Assembly (NCBI GenBank): GCA_051362555.1
Contig: JBPQGU010000016.1
Coordinates: 4,774,001-4,838,000 of the forward strand
Source of the DNA: Lingula anatina
Taxonomy: Eukaryota; Animalia; Brachiopoda
Direction: 5' to 3'
Length of the DNA stretch: 64,000 nucleotides
Every line of letters begins with the position of its first letter. Within the stretch, counting starts at the first letter, position 1. Positions 37,601 to 52,600 of this stretch are shown here, one piece after another. The translations under genes were made by a program, and so were the position numbers. The notes under the pieces are model-generated. The model searched no databases. It was not told the origin of the DNA and was given only the letters and a program-made list of their open reading frames with translations.

Positions 37601-40600
37601 CAATTCTAGCTTTAAAGATGATCCAAAAATAAGCTCTGAGAACAGAATCTGAGAGGGGGGGGGGGGGAGACAGAGTTTTTGCTCTATTTCTTCCTTAATG
37701 TTGACACCACCACTCTTCCAGCACTTTATTCTTACTACAAATGACCGAACACACCTACCTGACACTATAATGAAGAAAAAAAATTTTCATCCCTACCTGG
37801 CCAAAATTGAAGAAATCTCACAGTGCCGGCACTGTTCAAAATCACTCAAAATCACCAAAAATCGACCCGTCTCCGATTTTTCCAAAAAGTGACGAAAATC
37901 AATCTACCACACCTGTCATTCATAAAAAATGTGGAAACGCGCCCGGGTCACTTCATCAAGGCCCCCAATTCTAGCTTTAAAGATGATCCAAAAATAAGCT
38001 CTGAGAACAGAATCTGAGAGGGGGGGGGGGGGAGACAGAGTTTTTGCTCTATTTCTTCCTTAATGTTGACACCACCACTCTTCCAGCACTTTATTCTTAC
38101 TACAAATGACCGAACACACCTACCTGACACTATAATGAAGAAAAAAAATTTTCATCCCTACCTGGCCAAAATTGAAGAAATCTCACAATGCCGGCACTGT
38201 TCAAAATCACTCAAAATCACCAAAAATCGACCCGTCTCCGATTTTTCCAAAAAGTGACGAAAATCAATCTACCACACCTGTCATTCATAAAAAATGTGGA
38301 AACGCGCCCGGGTCACTTCATCAAGGCCCCCAATTCTAGCTTTAAAGATGATCCAAAAATAAGCTCTGAGAACAGAATCTGAGAGGGGGGGGGGAGACAG
38401 AGTTTTTGCTCTATTTCTTCCTTAATGTTGACACCACCACTCTTCCAGCACTTTATTCTCACTACAAATGACCGAACACACCTACCTGACACTATAATGA
38501 AGAAAAAAAATTTTCATCCCTACCTGGCCAAAATTGAAGAAATCTCACAGTGCCGGCACTGTTCAAAATCACTCAAAATCACCAAAAATCGACCCGTCTC
38601 CGATTTTTCCAAAAAGTGACGAAAATGAATCTACCACACCTGTCATTCATAAAAAATGTGGAAACGCGCCCGGGTCACTTCATCAAGGCCCCCAATTCTA
38701 GCTTTAAAGATGATCCAAAAATAAGCTCTGAGAACAGAATCTGAGAGGGGGGGGGGGGAGACAGAGGTTTTGCTCTATTTCTTCCTTAATGTTGACACCA
38801 CCACTCTTCCAGCACTTTATTCTTACTACAAATGACCGAACACACCTACCTGACACTATAATGAAGAAAAAAAATTTTCATCCCTACCTGGCCAAAATTG
38901 AAGAAATCTCACAATGCCGGCACTGTTCAAAATCACTCAAAATCACCAAAAATCGACCCGTCTCCGATTTTTCCAAAAAGTGACGAAAATCAATCTACCA
39001 CACCTGTCATTCATAAAAAATGTGGAAACGCGCCCGGGTCACTTCATCAAGGCCCCCAATTCTAGCTTTAAAGATGATCCAAAAATAAGCTCTGAGAACA
39101 GAATCTGAGAGGGGGGGGGGGAGACAGAGTTTTTGCTCTATTTCTTCCTTAATGTTGACACCACCACTCTTCCAGCACTTTATTCTTACTACAAATGACC
39201 GAACACACCTACCTGACACTATAATGAAGAAAAAAAATTTTCATCCCTACCTGGCCAAAATTGAAGAAATCTCACAGTGCCGGCACTGTTCAAAATCACT
39301 CAAAATCACCAAAAATCGACCCGTCTCCGATTTTTCCAAAAAGTGACGAAAATGAATCTACCACACCGCTCATTCATAAAAAATGTGGAAACGCGCCCGG
39401 GTCACTTCATCAAGGCCCCCAATTCTAGCTTTAAAGATGATCCAAAAATAAGCTCTGAGAACAGAATCTGAGAGGGGGGGGGGAGACAGAGTTTTTGCTC
39501 TATTTCTTCCTTAATGTTGACACCACCACTCTTCCAGCACTTTATTCTTACTACAAATGACCGAACACACCTACCTGACACTATAATGAAGAAAAAAAAT
39601 TTTCATCCCTACCTGGCCAAAATTGAAGAAATCTCACAATGCCGGCACTGTTCAAAATCACTCAAAATCACCAAAAATCGACCCGTCTCCGATTTTTCCA
39701 AAAAGTGACGAAAATCAATCTACCACACCTGTCATTCATAAAAAATGTGGAAACGCGCCCGGGTCACTTCATCAAGGCCCCCAATTCTAGCTTTAAAGAT
39801 GATCTAAAAATAAGCTCTGAGAACAGAATCTGAGAGGGGGGGGGGGAGACAGAGTTTTTGCTCTATTTCTTCCTTAATGTTGACACCACCACTCTTCCAG
39901 CACTTTATTCTTACTACAAATGACCGAACACACCTACCTGACACTATAATGAAGAAAAAAAATTTTCATCCCTACCTGGCCAAAATTGAAGAAATCTCAC
40001 AGTGCCGGCACTGTTCAAAATCACTCAAAATCACCAAAAATCGACCCGTCTCCGATTTTTCCAAAAAGTGACGAAAATCAATCTACCACACCTGTCATTC
40101 ATAAAAAATGTGGAAACGCGCCCGGGTCACTTCATCAAGGCCCCCAATTCTAGCTTTAAAGATGATCCAAAAATAAGCTCTGAGAACAGAATCTGAGAGG
40201 GGGGGGGGGAGACAGAGTTTTTGCTCTATTTCTTCTTTAATGTTGACACCACCACTCTTCTAGCACTTTATTCTTACTACAAATGACCGAACACACCTAC
40301 CTGACACTATAATGAAGAAAAAAAATTTTCATCCCTACCTGGCCAAAATTGAAGAAATCTCACAGTGCCGGCACTGTTCAAAATCACTCAAAATCACCAA
40401 AAATCGACCCGTCTCCGATTTTTCCAAAAAGTGACGAAAATCAATCTACCACACCTGTCATTCATAAAAAATGTGGAAACGCGCCCGGGTCACTTCATCA
40501 AGGCCCCCAATTCTAGCTTTAAAGATGATCCAAAAATAAGCTCTGAGAACAGAATCTGAGAGGGGGGGGGGGGGGGAGACAGAGTTTTTGCTCTATTTCT

Positions 40601-43600
40601 TCCTTAATGTTGACACCACCACTCTTCCAGCACTTTATTCTTACTACAAATGACCGAACACACCTACCTGACACTATAATGAAGAAAAAAAATTTTCATC
40701 CCTACCTGGCCAAAATTGAAGAAATCTCACAGTGCCGGCACTGTTCAAAATCACTCAAAATCACCAAAAATCGACCCGTCTCCGATTTTTCCAAAAAGTG
40801 ACGAAAATCAATCTACCACACCTGTCATTCATAAAAAATGTGGAAACGCGCCCGGGTCACTTCATCAAGGCCCCCAATTCTAGCTTTAAAGATGATCCAA
40901 AAATAAGCTCTGAGAACAGAATCTGAGAGGGGGGGGGGGAGACAGAGTTTTTGCTCTATTTCTTCCTTAATGTTGACACCACCACTCTTCCAGCACTTTA
41001 TTCTTACTACAAATGACCGAACACACCTACCTGACACTATAATGAAGAAAAAAAATTTTCATCCCTACCTGGCCAAAATTGAAGAAATCTCACAGTGCCA
41101 GCACTGTTCAAAATCACTCAAAATCACCAAAAATCGACCCGTCTCCGATTTTTCCAAAAAGTGACGAAAATCAATCTACCACACCTGTCATTCATAAAAA
41201 ATGTGGAAACGCGCCCGGGTCACTTCATCAAGGCCCCCAATTCTAGCTTTAAAGATGATCCAAAAATAAGCTCTGAGAACAGAATCTGAGAAGGGGGGGG
41301 AGACAGAGTTTTTGCTCTATTTCTTCCTTAATGTTGACACCACCACTCTTCCAGCACTTTATTCTTACTACAAATGACCGAACACACCTACCTGACACTA
41401 TAATGAAGAAAAAAAATTTTCATCCCTACCTGGCCAAAACTGAAGAAATCTCACAGTGCCAGCACTGTTCAAAATCACTCAAAATCACCAAAAATCGACC
41501 CGTCTCCGATTTTTCCAAAAAGTGACGAAAATCAATCTACCACACCTGTCATTCATAAAAAATGTGGAAACGCGCCCAGTTCACTTCATCAAGGCCCCCA
41601 ATTCTAGCTTTAAAGATGATCCAAAAATAAGCTCTGAGAACAGAATCTGAGAGGGGGGGGGGAGACAGAGTTTTTGCTCTATTTCTTCCTTAATGTTGAC
41701 ACCACCACTCTTCCAGCACTTTATTCTTACTACAAATGACCGAACACACCTACCTGACACTATAATGAAGAAAAAAAATTTTCATCCCTACCTGGCCAAA
41801 ATTGAAGAAATCTCACAGTGCTGGCACTGTTCAAAATCACCAAAAATCGACCCGTCTCCGATTTTTCCAAAAAGTGACGAAAATCAATCTACCACACCTG
41901 TCATTCATAAAAAATGTGGAAACGCGCCCGGGTCACTTCATCAAGGCCCCCAATTCTAGCTTTAAAGATGATCCAAAAATAAGCTCTGAGAACAGAATCT
42001 GAGAGGGGGGGGGGAGACAGAGTTTTTGCTCTATTTCTTCCTTAATGTTGACACCACCACTCTTCCAGCACTTTATTCTTACTACAAATGACCGAACACA
42101 CCTACCTGACACTATAATGAAGAAAAAAAAATTTTCATCCCTACCTGGCCAAATTTGAAGAAATCTCACAGTGCCGGCACTGTTCAAAATCACTCAAAAT
42201 CACCAAAAATCGACCCGCTCCGATTTTTCCAAAAAGTGACGAAAATCAATCTACCACACCTGTCATTCATAAAAAATGTGGAAACGTGCCCGGGTCACTT
42301 CATCAAGGCCCCCAATTCTAGCTTTAAAGATGATCCAAAAATAAGCTCTGAGAACAGAATCTGAGAGGGGGGGGGGGAGACAGAGTTTTTGCTCTATTTC
42401 TTCCTTAATGTTGACACCACCACTCTTCAAGCACTTTATTCTTACTACAAATGACCGAACACACCTACCTGACACTATAATGAAGAAAAAAAATTTTCAT
42501 CCCTACCTGGCCAAAATTGAAGAAATCTCACAGTGCCGGCACTGTTCAAAATCAATCAAAATCACCAAAAATCGACCCGTCTCCGATTTTTCCAAAAAGT
42601 GACGAAAATCAATCTACCACACCTGTCATTCATAAAAAATGTGGAAACGCGCCCGGGTCACTTGATCAAGGCCCCAAATTCTAGCTTTAAAGATGATCCA
42701 AAAATAAGCTCTGAGAGCAGAATCTGAGAGGGGGGGGGGAGACAGAGTTTTTGATCTATTTCTTCCTTAATGTTGACACCACCACTCTTCCAGCACTTTA
42801 TTCTTACTACAAATGACTGAACACACCTACCTGACACTATAATGAAGAAAAAAAATTTTCATCCCTACCTGGCCAAAATTGAAGAAATCTCACAGTGCCG
42901 GCACTGTTCAAAATCACTCAAAATCACCAAAAATCGACCCGTCTCCGATTTTTCCAAAAAGTGACGAAAATCAATCTACCACACCTGTCATTCATAAAAA
43001 AATGTGGAAACGCGCCCGGGTCACTTCATCAAGGCCCCCAATTCTAGCTTTAAAGATGATCCAAAAATAAGCTCTGAGAACAGAATCTGGGGGGGGGGGA
43101 GACAGAGTTTTTGCTCTATTTTTTCCTTAATGTTGACACCACCACTCTTCCAGCACTTTATTCTTACTACAAATGACCGAACACACCTACCTGACACTAT
43201 AATGAAGAAAAAAAATTTTCATCCCTACCTGGCCAAAATTGAAGAAATCTCACAGTGCCGGTACTGTTCAAAATCACTCAAAATCACCAAAAATCGACCC
43301 GTCTCCGATTTTTCCAAAAAGTGACGAAAATCAATCTACCACACCTGTCATTCATAAAAAATGTGGAAACGCGCCCGGGTCACTTCATCAAGGCCCCCAA
43401 TTCTAGCTTTAAAGATGATCCAAAAATAAGCTCTGAGAACAGAATCTGAGAGGGGGGGGGGGGGGGAGGAGACAGAGTTTTTGCTCTATTTCTTCCTTAA
43501 TGATGACACCACCACTCTTCAAGCACTTTATTCTTACTACAAATGACCGAACACACCTACCTGACACTATAATGAAGAAAAAAAATTTTCATCCCTACCT

Positions 43601-46600
43601 CGCCAAAATTGAAGAAATCTCACAGTGCCGGCACTGTTCAAAATCACTAAAAATCACCAAAAATCGACCCGTCTCAGATTTTTCCAAAAAGTGACGAAAA
43701 TCAATCTACCACACCTGTCATTCATAAAAAATGTGGAAACGTGCCCGGGTCACTTCATCAAGGCCCCCAATTCTAGCTTTAAAGATGATCCAAAAATAAG
43801 CTCTGAGAACAGAATCTGGGGGGGGGGGGGGGAGACAGAGTTTTTGCTCTATTTCTTCCTTAATGTTGACACCACCACTCTTCCAGCACTTTATTCTTAC
43901 TACAAATGACCGAACACACCTACCTGACACTATAATGAAGAAAAAAAATTTTCATCCCTACCTGGCCAAAATTGAAGAAATCTCACAGTGCCGGCACTGT
44001 TCAAAATCACTCAAAATCACCAAAAATCGACCCGTCTCCGATTTTTCCAAAAAGTGACGAAAATCAATCTACCACACCTGTCATTCATAAAAATGTGGAA
44101 ACGCACCTGGGTCACTTCATCAAGGCCCCCAATTCTATCTTTAAAGATGATCCAAAAATAAGCTCTGAGAACAAAATCTGAGAGGGGGGGGAGACAGAGT
44201 TTTTGATCTATTTCTTCCTTAATGTTGACACCACCACTCTTCCAGCACTTTATTCTTACTACAAATGACCGAACACACCTACCTGACACTATAATGAAGA
44301 AAAAAAATTTTCATCCCTACCTGGCCAAAATTGAAGAAATCTCACAGTGCCGGCACTGTTCAAAATCACTCAAAATCACCAAAAATCGACCCGTCTGAGA
44401 TTTTTCCAAAAAGTGACGAAAATCAATCTACCACACCTGTCATTCATTAAAAATGTGGAAACGCGCCCGGGTCACTTCATCAAGGCCCCCAATTCTAGCT
44501 TTAAAGATGATCCAAAAATAAGCTCTGAGAACAGAATCTGGGGGGGGGGGGAGACAGAGTTTTTGCTCTATTTCTTCCTTAATGTTGACACCACCACTCT
44601 TCCAGCACTTTATTCTTACTACAAATGACCGAACACACCTACCTGACACTATAATGAAGAAAAAAATTTCCATCCCTACCTGGCCAAAATTGAAGAAATC
44701 TCACAATGCTGGCACTGTTCAAAATCACTCAAAATCACCAAAAATCGACCCGTCTCTGATTTTTCCAAAAAGTGACGAAAATCAATCTACCACACCTGTC
44801 ATTCATAAAAATGTGGAAACGCGCCCGGGTCACTTCATCAAGGCCCCCAATTCTAGCTTTAAAGATGATCCAAAAATAAGCTCTGAGAACAGAATCTGAG
44901 AGGGGGGGGGAGACAGAGTTTTTGCTCTATTTCTTCCTTAATGTTGACACCACCACTCTTCCAGCACTTTATTCTTACTACAAATGACCGAACACACCTA
45001 CCTGACACTATAATGAAGAAAAAAAATTTTCATCCGTACCTGGCCAAAATTGAAGAAATCTCAAAGTGCCGGCACTGTTCAAAATCACTCAAAATCACCA
45101 AAAATCGACCCGTCTCCGATTTTTCCAAAAAGTGACGAAAATCAATCTACCACACCTGTCATTCATAAAAAATGTGGAAACGCGCCTGGGTCACTTCATC
45201 AAGGCCCCCAATTCTAGCTTTAAAGATGATCCAAAAATAAGCTCTGAGAACAGAATCTGGGGGGGGGGGGGGGAGACAGAGTTTTTGCTCTATTTCTTCC
45301 TTAATGTTGACACCACCACTCTTCCAGCACTTTATTCTTACTACAAATGACCGAACACACCTACCTGACACTATAATGAAGAAAAAAATTTTTCATCCCT
45401 ACCTGGCCAAAATTGAAGAAATCTCACAGTGCCGGCACTGTTCAAAATCACTCAAAATCACCAAAAATCGACCCGTCTCCGATTTTTCCAAAAAGTGACG
45501 AAAATCAATCTACCACACCTGTCATTCATAAAAAATGTGGAAACGCGCCCGGGTCACTTCATCAAGGCCCCCAATTCTAGCTTTAAAGATGATCCAAAAA
45601 TAAGCTCTGAGAACAGAATCTGAGAGGGGGGGGGGGGGGGGAAACAGAGTTTTTGCTCTATTTCTTCCTTAATGTTGACACCACCACTCTTCCAGCACTT
45701 TATTCTTACTACAAATGACCGAACACACCTACCTGACACTATAATGAAGAAAAAAGATTTTCATCCCTACCTGGCCAAAATTGAAGAAATCTCACAGTGC
45801 CGGCACTGTTCAAAATCACTCAAAATCACCAAAAATCGACACGTCTCCCCTTTTTCCAGAAAGTGACGAAAATCAATCTACCACACCTGTCATTCATAAA
45901 AAATGTGGAAACGCGCCCGGGTCACTTCATCAAGGCCCCCAATTCTAGCTTTAAAGATGATCCAAAAATAAGCTCTGAGAACAGAATCTAAGAGGGGGGG
46001 GGGGGGGGGGAGACAGAGTTTTTGCTCTATTTCTTCCTTAATGTTGACACCACCACTCTTCCAGCACTTTATTCTTACTACAAATGACCGAACACACCTA
46101 CCTGACACTATAATGAAGAAAAAAAATTTTCATCCCTACCTGGCCAAAATTGAAGAAATCTCACAGTGCCGGCACTGTTCAAAATCACTCAAAATCACCA
46201 AAAATCGACCCGTCTCCGATTTTTCCAAAAAGTGACGAAAATCAATCAACCACACCTGTCATTCATAAAAAATGTGGAAACGCGCCCGGGTCACTTCATC
46301 AAGGCCCCCAATTCTAGCTTTAAAGATGATCCAAAAATAAGCTCTGAGAACAGAATCTAAGAGGGGGGGGGGGGGGGAGACAGAGTTTTTGCTCTATTTC
46401 TTCCTTAATGTTGACACCACCACTCTTCCAGCACTTTATTCTTACTACAAATGACCGAACACACCTACCTGACACTATAATGAAGAAAAAAAATTTTCAT
46501 CCCTACCTGGCCAAAATTGAAGAAATCTCACAGTGCCGGCACTGTTCAAAATCACTCAAAATCACCAAAAATCGACCCTTCTCCGATTTTTCCAAAAAGT

Positions 46601-49600
46601 GACGAAAATCAATCTACCACACCTGTCATTCATAAAAAATGTGGAAACGCGCCCGGGTCACTTCATCAAGGCCCCCAATTCTAGCTTTAAAGATGATCCA
46701 AAAATAAGCTCTGAGAACAGAATCTGAGAGGGTGGGGGGGGTGGGGGGAAACAGAGTTTTTGCTCTATTTCTTCCTTAATGTTGACACCACCACTCTTCC
46801 AGCAATTTATTCTTACTACAAATGACCGAACACACCTACCTGACACTATAATGAAGAAAAAAAATTTTCATCCCTACCTGGCCAAAATTGAAGAAATCTC
46901 ACAGTGCCGGCACTGTTCAAAATCACTCAAAATCACCAAAAATCGACCCGTCTCCGATTTTTCCAAAAAGTGACGAAAATCAATCTAACATACCTGTCAT
47001 TCATTAAAAATGTGGAAACGCGCCCGGGTCACTTCATCAAGGCCCCCAATTCTAGCTTTAAAGATGATCCAAAAATAAGCTCTGAGAACAGAATCTGAGA
47101 GGGGGGGGGGAGACAGAGTTTTTGCTCTATTTCTTCCTTAATGTTGACACCACCACTCTTCCAGCATTTTATTCTTACTACAAATGACCGAACACACCTA
47201 CCTGACACTATAATGAAGAAAAAAAATTTTCATCCCTACCTGGCCAAAATTGAAGAAATCTCACAGTGCCGGCACTGTTCAAAATCACTCAAAATCACCA
47301 AAAATCGACCCGTCTCCGATTTTTCCAAAAAGTGACGAAAATCAATCTACCACACCTGTCATTCATAAAAAATGTGGAAACACGCCTGGGTCACTTCATC
47401 AAGGCCCCCAATTCTAGTTTTAAAGATGATCCAAAAATAAGCTCTGAGAACAGAATCTGAGAGGGGGGGGGGAGACAGAGTTTTTGCACTATTTCTTCCT
47501 TAATGTTGACACCACCACTCTTCCAGCACTTTATTCTTACTACAAATGACCGAACACACCTACCTGACACTATAATGAAGAAAAAAAATTTTCATCCCTA
47601 CCTGGCCAAAATTGAAGAAATCTCACAGTGCCGGCACTGTTCAAAATCACTCAAAATCACCAAAAATCGATCCGTCTCCGATTTTTCCAAAAAGTGACGA
47701 AAATCAATCTACCACACCTGTCATTCATAAAAAATGTGGAAACGCGCCCGGGTCACTTCATCAAGGCCCCCAATTCTAGCTTTAAAGATGATCCAAAAAT
47801 AAGCTCTGAGAACAGAATTTGAGAGGGGGGGGGGGGAGACAGAGTTTTTGCTCTATTTCTTCCTTAATGTTGACACCACCACTCTTCCAGCACTTTATTC
47901 TTACTACAAATGACCGAACACACCTACCTGACACTATAATGAAGAAAAAAAATTTTCATCCCTACCTGGCCAAAATTGAAGAAATCTCACAGTGCCGGCA
48001 CTGTTCAAAATCACTCAAAATCACCAAAAATCGACCCGTCTCCGATTTTTCCAAAAAGTGACAAAAATCAATCTACCACACCTGTCATTCATAAAAAATG
48101 TGGAAACGCGCCCGGGTCACTTCATCAAGGCCCCCAATTCTAGCTTTAAAGATGATCCAAAAATAAGCTCTGAGAACAGAATCTGAGAGGGGGGGGGGGG
48201 GGGAAACAGAGTTTTTGCTCTATTTCTTCCTTAATGTTGACACCACCACTCTTCCAGCACTTTATTCTTACTACAAATGACCGAACACACCTACCTGACA
48301 CTATAATGAAGAAAAAAAATTTTCATCCCTACCTGGCCAAAATTGAAGAAATCTCACAGTGCCGGCACTGTTCAAAATCACTCAAAATCACCAAAAATCG
48401 ACCCGTCTCCGATTTTTCCAAAAAGTGATGAAAATCAATCTACCACACCTGTCATTCATAAAAAATGTGGAAACGTGCCCGGGTCACTTCATCAAGGCCC
48501 CCAATTCTAGCTTTAAAGATGATCCAAAAATAAGCTCTGAGAACAGAATCTGAGAGGGGGGGGGGGAGACAGAGTTTTTGCTCTATTTCTTCCTTAATGT
48601 TGACACCACCACTCTTCCAGCACTTTATTCTTACTACAAATGACCGAACACACCTACCTGACACTATAATGAAGAAAAAAAATTTTCATCCCTACCTGGC
48701 CAAAATTGAAGAAATCTCACAGTGCCGGCACTGTTCAAAATCACTCAAAATCACCAAAAATCGATCCGTCTCCGATTTTTCCAAAAAGTGACGAAAAAAT
48801 CAATCTACCACACCTGTCATTCATAAAAATTGTGGAAACGCGCCCGGGTCACTTCATCAAGGCCCCCAATTCTAGCTTTAAAGATGATCCAAAAATAAGC
48901 TCTGAGAACAGAATCTGAGAGGGGGGGGGGGGGAAACAGAGTTTTTGCTCTATTTCTTCCTTAATGTTGACACCACCACTCTTCCAGCACTTTATTCTTA
49001 CTACAAATGACCGAACACACCTACCTGACACTATAATGAAGAAAAAAAATTTTCATCCCTACCTGGCCAAAATTGAAGAAATCTCACAGTGCCGGCACTG
49101 TTCAAAATCACTCAAAATCACCAAAAATCGACACGTCTCCGCTTTTTCCAAAAAGTGACGAAAATCAATCTACCACACCTGTCATTCATAAAAAATGTGG
49201 AAACGCGCCCGGGTCACTTCATCAAGGCCCCCAATTCTAGCTTTAAAGATGATCCAAAAATAAGCTCTGAGAACAGAATCTAAGAGGGGGGGGGGGGAGA
49301 CAGAGTTTTTGCTCTATTTCTTCCTTAATGTTGACACCACCACTCTTCCAGCACTTTATTCTTACTACAAATGACCGAACACTCCTACCTGACACTATAA
49401 TGAAGAAAAAAAATTTTCATCCCTACCTGGCCAAAATTGAAGAAATCTCACAGTGCCGGCACTGTTCAAAATCACTCAAAATCACCAAAAATCGACCCGT
49501 CTCCGATTTTTCCAAAAAGTGACGAAAATCAATCTACCACACCTGTCATTCATAAAAAATGTGGAAACGCGCCCGGGTCACTTCATCAAGGCCCCCAATT

Positions 49601-52600
49601 CTAGCTTTAAAGATGATCCAAAAATAAGCTCTGAGAACAGAATCTAAGAGGGGGGGGGGGGGGAGACTGAGTTTTTGCTCTATTTCTTCCTTAATGTTGA
49701 CACCACCACTCTTCCAGCACTTTATTCTTACTACAAATGACCGAACACACCTACCTGACACTATAATGAAGAAAAAAAATTTTCATCCCTACCTGGCCAA
49801 AATTGAAGAAATCTCACAGTGCCGGCACTGTTCAAAATCACTCAAAATCACCAAAAATCGACCCGTCTCCGATTTTTCCAAAAAGTGACGAAAATCAATC
49901 TACCACAACTGTCATTCATAAAAAATGTGGAAACGCGCCCGGGTCACTTCATCAAGGCCCCCAATTCTAGCTTTAAAGATGATCCAAAAATAAGCTCTGA
50001 GAACAGAATCTAAGAGGGGGGGGGAGACAGAGTTTTTGCTCTATTTCTTCCTTAATGTTGACACCACCACTCTTCCAGCACTTTATTCTTACTACAAATG
50101 ACCGAACATACCTACCTGACACTATAATGAAGAAAAAAAATTTTCATCCCTACCTGGCCAAAATTGAAGAAATCTCACAGTGCCGGCACTGTTCAAAATC
50201 ACTCAAAATCACCAAAAATCGATCCGTCTCCGATTTTTCCAAAAAGTGACGAAAATCAATCTACCACACCTGTCATTCATAAAAAATGTGGAAACGCGCC
50301 CGGGTCACTTCATCAAGGCCCCCAATTCTAGCTTTAAAGATGATCCAAAAATAAGCTCTGAGAACAGAATCTGAGAGGGGGGGGGGGGGAAACAGAGTTT
50401 TTGCTCTATTTCTTCCTTAATGTTGACACCACCACTCTTCCAGCACTTTATTCTTACTACAAATGACCGAACACACCTACCTGACACTATAATGAAGAAA
50501 AAAAATTTTCATCCCTACCTGGCCAAAATTGAAGAAATCTCACAGTGCCGGCACTGTTCAAAATCACTCAAAATCACCAAAAATCGACACGTCTCCGATT
50601 TTTCCAAAAAGTGACGAAAATCAATCTACCACACCTGTCATTCATAAAAAATGTGGAAACGCGCCCGGGTCACTTCATCAAGGCCCCCAATTCTAGCTTT
50701 AAAGATGATCCAAAAATAAGCTCTGAGAACAGAATCTAAGAGGGGGGGGGGGGGGAGACAGAGTTTTTGCTCTATTTCTTCCTTAATGTTGACACCACCA
50801 CTCTTCCAGCACTTTATTCTTACTACAAATGACCGAACACACCTACCTGACACTATAATGAAGAAAAAAAATTTTCATCCCTACCTGGCCAAAATTGAAG
50901 AAATCTCACAGTGCCGGCACTGTTCAAAATCACTCAAAATCACCAAAAATCGACCCGTCTCCGATTTTTCCAAAAAGTGACGAAAATCAATCTACCACAA
51001 CTGTCATTCATAAAAAATGTGGAAACGCGCCCGGGTCACTTCATCAAGGCCCCCAATTCTAGCTTTAAAGATGATCCAAAAATAAGCTCTGAGAACAGAA
51101 TCTAAGAGGGGGGGGGAGACAGAGTTTTTGCTCTATTTCTTCCTTAATGTTGACACCACCACTCTTCCAGCACTTTATTCTTACTACAAATGACCGAACA
51201 TACCTACCTGACACTATAATGAAGAAAAAAAATTTTCATCCCTACCTGGCCAAAATTGAAGAAATCTCACAGTGCCGGCACTGTTCAAAATCACTCAAAA
51301 TCACCAAAAATCGACCCGTCTCCGATTTTTCCAAAAAGTGACAAAAATCAATCTACCACACCTGTCATTCATAAAAAATGTGGAAACGCGCCCGGGTCAC
51401 TTCATCAAGGCCCCCAATTCTAGCTTTAAAGATGATCCAAAAATAAGCTCTGAGAACAGAATCTAAGAGGGGGGGGGGAGACAGAGTTTTTGCTCTATTT
51501 CTTCCTTAATGTTGACACCACCACTCTTCCAGCACTTTATTCTTACTACAAATGACCGAACACACCTACCTGACACTATAATGAAGAAAAAAAATTTTCA
51601 TCCCAACCTGGCCAAAATTGAAGAAATCTCACAGTGCCGGCACTGTTCAAAATCACTCAAAATCACCAAAAATCGACCCGTCTCCGATTTTTCCAAAAAG
51701 TGATGAAAATCAATCTACCACACCTGTCATTCATAAAAAATGTGGAAACGTGCCCGGGTCACTTCATCAAGGCCCCCAATTCTAGCTTTAAAGATGATCC
51801 AAAAATAAGCTCTGAGAACAGAATCTGAGAGGGGGGGGGGGAGACAGAGTTTTTGCTCTATTTCTTCCTTAATGTTGACACCACCACTCTTCCAGCACTT
51901 TATTCTTACTACAAATGACCGAACACACCTACCTGACACTATAATGAAGAAAAAAAATTTACATCCCTACCTGGCCAAAATTGAAGAAATCTCACAGTGC
52001 CGGCACTGTTCAAAATCACTCAAAATCACCAAAAATCGACCTGTCTCCGATTTTTCCAAAAAGTGACGAAAATCAATCTACCACACCTGTCATTCATAAA
52101 AAATGTGGAAACGCGCCTGGGTCACTTCATCAAGGCCCCCAATTCTAGCTTTAAAGATGATCCAAAAATAAGCTCTGAGAACAGAATCTGAGAGGGGGGG
52201 GGAGACAGAGTTTTTGCTCTATTTCTTCCTTAATGTTGACACCACCACTCTTCCAGCACTTTATTCTTACTACAAATGACCGAACACACCTACCTGACAC
52301 TATAATGAAGAAAAAAAATTTTCATCCCTACCTGGCCAAAATTGAAGAAATCTCACAGTGCCGGCACTGTTCAAAATCACTCAAAATCACCAAAAATCGA
52401 TCCGTCTCCGATTTTTCCAAAAAGTGACGAAAATCAATCTACCACACCTGTCATTCATAAAAAATGTGGAAACGCGCCCGGGTCACTTCATCAAGGCCCC
52501 CAATTCTAGCTTTAAAGATGATCCAAAAATAAGCTCTGAGAACAGAATCTGAGAGGGGGGGGGGGGGGGGGGAAACAGAGTTTTTGCTCTATTTCTTCCT

